Positions 57,110-64,000 of a stretch of 64,000 nucleotides of DNA are shown one piece after another. Below the pieces are notes generated by a model. That model ran no database searches. It saw nothing but the letters and a program-made list of their open reading frames with translations, and was not told the origin of the DNA. A program made the position numbers and the translations under genes. The stretch lies in assembly GCF_009914755.1 (NCBI RefSeq), contig NC_060940.1. One strand, given 5' to 3'. The stretch is from the human T2T-CHM13v2.0 reference genome, Homo sapiens. Position 1 is the first letter of the stretch. Each line of letters starts with the position of its first letter.

Positions 57110-57205
57110 ATTCCTTTTTTCATTTTCAATCCCCAGCATCCAACATAGTACCTGATTCATAGTTGATATTCAATAAATACTTTTTACAAGAATACATGAA
57201 TGAAC
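57110..57205 (+). mobile_element. L2 3' tail
   Basis: atccccagcatccaacatagtacctgattcatagttgatattcaataaatac. Confidence 0.65.
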
Positions 57206-57754
57206 AAGTAGACAAACAAAGGGTTTATGGTTATTAAGAAAAACATTAAAAAAGGAAAAATGGATGGAATTTTACATACAGAAGTTTGTTTTCCATCAGA
57301 GCCTTGAAAGAAAGAAAAGCTTATAATTTGCAGAAGTAAAATGAAGTTAACAAATCTAATCTAGGTCAGTTTTTTCTTATTGTTGTGTTTTGTTATGAGG
57401 TTTTAATGGCATTTAGGTGAGACTAAAGCCATATATCTTCACTTAATGGAAAAAGGGTCAGAAGATACCTTTGGGAACATTTCCTCCACTATTTAAGCGG
57501 TGCTAAAGAAGATATTACATATTACCTAAAACATCCCGTGTAAAATGTATTCAAGTTACCCCATATCTAAACAGCCATTATTATATCCTCTGAAGTGATG
57601 AATGAGGCCAGAAATATTCTATAGAGTGAGGTGTCCCTCCTCAAATCACTCCCTGCATTCCCTGGCAGGTGCTGGAGGGAGGGAAGGAGGCCCCTGAGTG
57701 ACTTAGGATGGTGCCAGCAATTAACACAGTGTAGAGAAAGATTACGCTTGTCTA

Positions 57755-58830
57755 AATCCTTGTGGTTTCCAGTTAGAGGAACCCAACTCAAATTAAATTG
57801 AAAGAAATGGGTGTGAAATTATGGAATTTAAAATTACAGACTTGTTCTTGTCATCACACCTGGATAAGCTCTCATGCTCAAACAATCTTTCTGGGAAACT
57901 CTCTTCTCTCTTTCATTCAGTCCTACTTGTGTGATGACTCTGTGCTCATGCAGTTGTCTTTATACGGTAGTGCCAGCTTAATACCCTTTGTATTAGTCCA
58001 TTTTCACACTGCTATAAAGACACTCCATGGGACTGGGCAATTTATATTAAAAAAAGAGGTTTAATTGACTCACAGTTCTGCGTGGCTGAGAAGGCCTCAG
58101 GAAACTTACAATCATGGCGAAAGGCAAAGAAGCAAGCAACTTCTTCAAAAGGCGCAGGAGAGAGAGAGTGAAGAGGAAACTGCCATTTTTGAAACCATCA
58201 GATCTCATAAGAACTCTCTCACTATTGCAAGAAGAGCATGGGAAACCTGCCTCCATGATCTATCACCTTCCACCAGGTCCTTCCCTGGGAATTACAATTC
58301 AAGATGAGATTTTTGCTGGGGACACAGAGCCAAACTATATCACCCTTATAGCTCATTTTATCAAAACAAACAAACAAACAAACAAAAAAAAAAGGCAAGA
58401 CAATCTCTTGCCAAATCATTGTTCCAGATTTGAGTATGTGGCTTAGGTAGAAGTAGGAGGATGTATAACTTCTCTTTGGGAGTAATAATGCAAACTCCTC
58501 TTGGGAAACAAACCTTCTTAGGTAACGTAATGGTTCTTCTGGCTATGTAGAATAATTTCTGAAGAACAATTTAAGTAAAATACATAAATGTTAATGGTTT
58601 CCTTAATGAAGGCAACTTGCTCCAGGACTCTTTTCTGGTTTAAGTCATGTGCCAGTCTGAGACCACTCACTGCCTCTAGGGTGATGAAGCCATCTAACCT
58701 GCCAGGTCATAAGCAAGGTGGCAGGGCCTCATCTCTCATAGCCCCCAAACTTACATGGAGTGAGATATGAAGAATTCCTAGAAGGAGGGAATGTTAGACA
58801 GATACAGAACAACAAAAGTACACTCCCACA
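57755..58830 (-). mobile_element. Old MaLR LTR (MLT1J/K-like) fragments, interrupted by THE1/MST
   Basis: ggaacccaactcaaatt, ggtttaagtcatgtgcca, aacaacaaaagtacactcccaca. Confidence 0.5.
57989..58342 (-). mobile_element. MaLR solo LTR, THE1D/MSTA-like
   Basis: tgtattagtcc...ggcctcaggaaacttacaatcatggc...gccaaactatatca; perfect 5-bp TSD ccctt. Confidence 0.93.
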
Positions 58831-59519
58831 CTGAGGTAACTTGAGATTTATCAAGTTTAATGGGAAAGTAGAGAAAAGAACTTACAAAGTATATTTTTTA
58901 AAATAATAAATAAAAATTGAGAAGTCTGACTCCTCTAACTGTACAAAATCTCCATAATGCATGATAGAACTCTTCATGATCTTGACATGTATTTATATAG
59001 CCTTATTTGTCTTAATTTCATCTTTGTGCAAAGGTAGAGTATGTCTTATTAAAGCAAAGCGTATATAAACTTTAGAGATATATTTTATTCCAAATATTTA
59101 ATATTGTCATTAAATGGACTGAGGATAGTCAGATAGTTAGGCAACCCAGCCTCTATTCTTAGTTCTGTAAGTTCTGTGTGTGTGTGTTTTGATTTTATTA
59201 TCTCCTTATCTTCTTATTGTAGAGGTAAATTACATAATTGCAAAGCCACTATTATGCAGTCAGAAAGCTCACATGGAAGGGACGAATCCAGTATTTGTTC
59301 TATGCCTATGGTATTCTGATATATGTTTTGCCCTTTTATATAATTAATTTGACCAAAATGTAGTACACTCTTATTTTATGCCAACACTCAAGACAAACAG
59401 TCAAAGGTATAGGCCAGACCTCTTCTCTAATAGGATATAAGTATTTTGGGAATCACTCTGAAGAAAAAATAATCAGGGCAATAAACTAGGGAAATGATGA
59501 TGGGACAGAAATCACTAAC

Positions 59520-59805
59520 TCATGTTGTAGGTCAGATGGTGCATCTGAAGAGGTAATCTGAAATGTGAGTCATAAAAAGATCTCATACCTAGATCTCCAG
59601 AAAGCGGGTTCCAGGCAGTTGGAATCAAAGGTGCTAGAAAGAAGCAAATGATGTGTGAGTCTTTCACAAAGGACACTGTGGCCGAATCATGGTGAAATTT
59701 GGGGTAAAGAAGATGACAAGAGAAGTTAAGTTGAGGGCCAGTGATGTATCTTGTAAGTAATGCTAAGGGGTTTTCAGTCTGTGGAACAATTAGAGGGCTG
59801 AAACA
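59520..59805 (-). mobile_element. L2 internal fragment
   Basis: ttccaggcagttggaatcaaagg, cttgtaagtaatgctaagggg. Confidence 0.5.
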
Positions 59806-59811
59806 TGGAGA

Positions 59812-59935
59812 AATATACATATATATATATATGTATATATATATGCACACACAACACAACACACATACATACATATATCCACAAATGTGGAGAAATTTTA
59901 TATATATACACACATATATATTTTAATATATATTA
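59812..59935. repeat. (TA)/(CA) low-complexity tract
   Basis: Read directly. Confidence 0.8.
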
Positions 59936-60837
59936 TAACATCATACATTTTAATATCACAAGGACCTTAAGTTTCAAATATTATTATGGCCATTTTATGG
60001 ATGTGAAAAAATGAAGCTCAGAAGTTCTTGCAGTGACAATTCACTGCCTAGAACAGAATTCAAGATAAGATCCATATGAATAACATTCCCCTTTCCTCTG
60101 CTCTACTGTCTCTCACTATAGCCGCTAACTCAGTTCTTTCCTAGAAAGCTAGAACCATGCAATCTGAACAGGAAAAAACACATTGGAGAAAAAAATGAGC
60201 ATATCCATGGGAGATTAAAAAAATATATATAATCCCCAATCTTCATTTACACACATTTTTTAATTCCTTCTTTTTTTGTTATAATGTTCTTTAAGTCTTT
60301 TCAAGCTTGGATATGAAGTTCTTTTATCTTTTTATTTTATTGTTTTTTGAAAACTAAGGTAATTTTAAACATTTTTTGTATTAAACTGAACAATCTGAGT
60401 GAAATTCAATAGGCATGAGAAAGATTATCCTATAACCAAGGATCAAGAATTAAAAGTATGATTGAGGTTTTTGTCATATTTTTTAATTATTAGATAGTTG
60501 AGCAATAATTTTCAAATGTTTCCTCTTTAGTCCTTGTTCTTAAAGCAGTGTTATCTATAATTAAGGAGATTGGCCTGAATTACTATTTTTACACCTTTTG
60601 CTAACATTGCTCAGGAATAAGTAGAATAAATGTGGTATGATTTTTTTTCCCATTTGCTTCCTTTTCTGTTATTTTGAAATTGCTTTAATTCTTTATTATC
60701 ACACTGCATCAGAGGTGGATTAATTCTGTCTTTTTATCCTTGTCAGTCACACCATATCCAAGATTGCTGATTTCCGCTTTGTCTCCCAGGGGAGGTGGGG
60801 GGAGCAGGTAAGCAAAGGATTGCAGTTCTGCTTTTAC

Positions 60838-60840
<3 letters not shown>

Positions 60841-60874
<34 letters not shown>

Positions 60875-60897
60875 ACACACACACACACACACACACA
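60841..60897 (+). repeat. (CA)n microsatellite with one GA interruption
   Basis: Read directly. Confidence 0.95.
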
Positions 60898-61294
60898 GAT
60901 ATTTTACATGAAATGAAAGGGGTCTTGTGGATCTGACAGGCTAGGTTATTAGTCCTGACATGTTTAGCATATCTGCAGATAACACGCATAATGCCATCCT
61001 GTAAGGTGATCACATTTTCAGAAGACCAGGAAATGAGAGAAATAACTAAGCTGAAAAATAGAAATAGTATTCAAATGCTTCATTCTAACTTGCAATGATG
61101 TGTCACATCCATCTGAATTCCATTTACATTTTAACTATTTCAGGAAGGGCAAAGAAGTCCAGAAAAATAAAAGCACATATAGGGGAGATATTGCTTATGA
61201 GGTGAACATTTGAAAAAGGAGAGTTGGATACATGTCAGTGATTTGGTGTGACCACTAGGGAAATCGAAATGGTCTCAGGAGCCTTTCTTTAGAT

Positions 61295-61430
61295 ACATGG
61301 CTCTAATTGGGATGGGGGGCACACCTGGCATACTGTGTTTAGCTCCAGGAGTCATTCTTCAGAGATAACTGGATGAGGTGGAAACATTGACAAAGAAAGG
61401 ACATGGAATTGAGAAGGAACTCAATAATCA
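61295..61430 (+). mobile_element. CR1/L3-like fragment
   Basis: cacacctggcatactgtgtttagctcc resembles the CR1 motif cacacctggagtactgtgttcagttctgg. Confidence 0.45.
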
Positions 61431-61464
61431 CATTAACCTTCCATGAGTTTTATATTTTTTTACA

Positions 61465-61715
61465 GAGGGAGCTGAACAATCAGATTGCCTGAGTTGAATT
61501 CCCAGATCAATTTTTTGGAGATTTTGGTTTAGTGACCAGATCGGCATATGTAACTATCCTCGAGCTTCAGAAAACCTACATGCTTAATTTTTTTCATCTA
61601 TAAAATGGAAATGTCACATTTCCCAGAGGGTAGCTTTTGCATGAAACAGAAAATACATATAATACAATCAGCATATTACCTAACATATTTGATACAGTCA
61701 GTGAAGATTACTCCC
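61465..61715 (+). mobile_element. MIR
   Basis: cagattgcctgagttgaattcccag...ttcatctataaaatggaa. Confidence 0.65.
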
Positions 61716-62293
61716 ATTTCTTTTTCTTTTCATTATAAGTGTTAATTATAGAAGGAAGTTAAGAACAGTGACTCTCAAATGTAGCCATCGGAAAGATGGT
61801 TAGGTACAATATGAACACAATAACAAAAAATCAGCCCTTGCGATTGCCCTCAGAAGTTAAGGGCAGCCCCAGTGGCATCACCCTTTAATCTTCTGTGCCA
61901 TACTCATATCATTTTTCATGTATCTTTTGTCATTAAAAATGATGGGATGCATTTTGTAGACAAGGGAAACAGTAAAGCAAGTTATTTTGAAATGACATCG
62001 TAGCAGTAGTGTTAAGAAATCATTTGGCTGGGGATGGTGAGAGAAACATGGGTTATGAGGGTGATCATTAACATAATTTCATGTCTATATTATTACAATA
62101 TTCAAAGTAGTGGTAATAGAGATGAATGTGACAGCTTTGAGATTCCATTGATGGTGTTTGGATTATTTCACTATAGCATTCTAAAAGTGATCTTTAGCTC
62201 ACCTCAAACAGGAAAAGAACACATAATTCATGTTTAAGTATTTCAGCAATTTAACTCTTAAAAACTGTAACTTAGTCATATTCAAAGGTAAAA

Positions 62294-62373
62294 ATTATAT
62301 ATAATAATATATAAAATAATATATGTATATATTATATATAATTTATAATATATATAATTCATATATATATATT
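62294..62373. repeat. AT-rich (TA)n-like tract
   Basis: Read directly. Confidence 0.85.
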
Positions 62374-64000
62374 AGAATCTGTTTCTGACTTGCCAGGCTC
62401 CACTGGGGTTACTTACTCCCCTTTTTTCAGATATTCTGTGATCTTATTACTACATCTACCCCAGAAGCTATATGAATTTAAGCAATTGAATGGGAAAAAG
62501 GACCATAATCTTTTGATGTCCCAGTTATGTGTATGGTTCAGTACTCGATGCTTTAGACATCTAGTACTGAGGACTCAGACCTCTAGTATGTTATTAACAC
62601 TTACTCAAGGATTCCCCCAGTGAGTGGAGTGAAGATTTAAACCCAGATCTGTCTGATTCCAAAGTCCATGGTCTTCCTTTCACAACATGGTTCAGTCTAC
62701 CCCTCATTAAATTTTGCAATTTTAGACTTTTGTCACACATTGTGTAGTGACACACTTTTCCTGGGAGAAACAAATTCATAATGTAATTGAATAGCAAAGG
62801 GGCATGTGCTTCAGAGCGGTACTACAGCCCTCCCCTAACTGGGGGCTGTACATGTGCATGTGTGTGCTTATGAATGTGTGTGAGTGTATGTGTGTGGTTA
62901 TGTGTGTGAGTCTCCAGTGTCCAGTGTGTTGTGAATATAATGGAATTGGAAAGCTCTGTGAAATTCTTGAAATTATATCACCAAAGAATCCGCCTCTCAC
63001 AAGGGCAGCATCAGAGAAATACCTACAGAGAATAAAAATTAACACTCTCTAAAATAACCTAATTAATACACAAACATATTTTACTAGCAACCAAAATAGG
63101 ATTTTCATCTTAATCCCTTATTAGAACACAATCGTTCGGCATAGTTTCAAGCCAAGCTAGAAATTAACAAAAAAAGAAAATATTCATGGTTCATTGAAAC
63201 ACCTTCAGATGTTTAACCTTTCTAAAAGTTACTTCTAATGTTCACCACCCAGCAACTGCAGCTGAATGATAAGGAACTAAGGTAGAGACTCGGGAAAAGG
63301 AGATTATCAAATATAAACAGTTAATTTGACTACTTTCCTTCAGCTCAATGGGTAACATGGATTTGAGTTTACAGACTTATACCTAATGCCAAAAAAACAC
63401 TCTTTAGGGGAGGCAGGATGCAGTAGCTTCAAATTAGCCTTTTCTTGGGAATGTATTGTTAAATTTACAGATAGTTATTTAAAATTAAGGCAACTTAAGT
63501 TAGAAACATCCTGATTTCCTAAATGCTGACTCCACTTTTTGATGGGATTCAGAGGTCACTGTCTCCTTGGTCTCAGATATCATGGTACCAGTGAATGCCA
63601 GCCCCTCCACCACACTGTGCTGGCTGCCTGATGGTTTCCATGTTGCTCTTCCTCATAGCTTTAAATATGGTGTTCTCCGTACCACATACGTTGCAACCGA
63701 TTTTGAGGCATTTTAATAAAGATCCAATCTTTCCATGTCTCTATTTTAGGACCTGAGACTTCAGTTTATTTAGCAGAGAAGGCTTTAAGTTTTTTCAGGA
63801 AAAGGTCAATCTTTCTGGTTGTCTTACTTGCAGAACCTAGGAGTACTGTCTGTGCTGTTGGGTGGGCTTTGAAGTTCATCAGGAAATAGCTAATCCTGCT
63901 AGGGGTCTTGCTTGAAGACCCTACACTAGTTGGAGGTAGGTTCCTTTCCCATTTTAAATTCCTTTGTAGTAGAACTGAGGCTGGTGTCTCCACAGGGGAA

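Noticed and set aside
57798-58446. Cluster of overlapping ORFs
   Set aside because: All overlap the THE1/MST LTR.
63766-63993. 75-aa minus-strand ORF in slightly GC-richer sequence at the window edge
   Set aside because: GTG start, no recognisable domain or clear exon boundaries; cannot exclude a non-coding exon or UTR.

Overview
AT-rich, CpG-depleted primate genomic DNA, almost certainly human given AluY copies and an L1HS-type 3' end. It looks intergenic or deep-intronic. I find no credible protein-coding gene, RNA gene or CpG island; the listed ORFs are repeat-derived or chance. The window is a patchwork of interspersed repeats: Alu J/S/Y, old L1M, one young L1HS fragment, L2, MIR, MaLR/ERVL/ERV1 solo LTRs and hAT/TcMar DNA-transposon fossils, plus microsatellites. 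Subfamily names come from recalled consensus sequences, not a RepeatMasker run, and boundaries of old repeats are approximate. I see no new genetic system. The most unusual signal is a set of local template-switch scars. (1) A ~950-bp palindromic TA minisatellite is fused to a 72-bp copy of sequence 2 kb downstream and bracketed by a 35-bp duplication. (2) A ~350-bp inverted self-copy sits inside an old L1 and also ends in a TA microsatellite. (3) A perfect 21-bp-stem hairpin has a mosaic origin. (4) An AluY has reciprocally converted hairpin arms.
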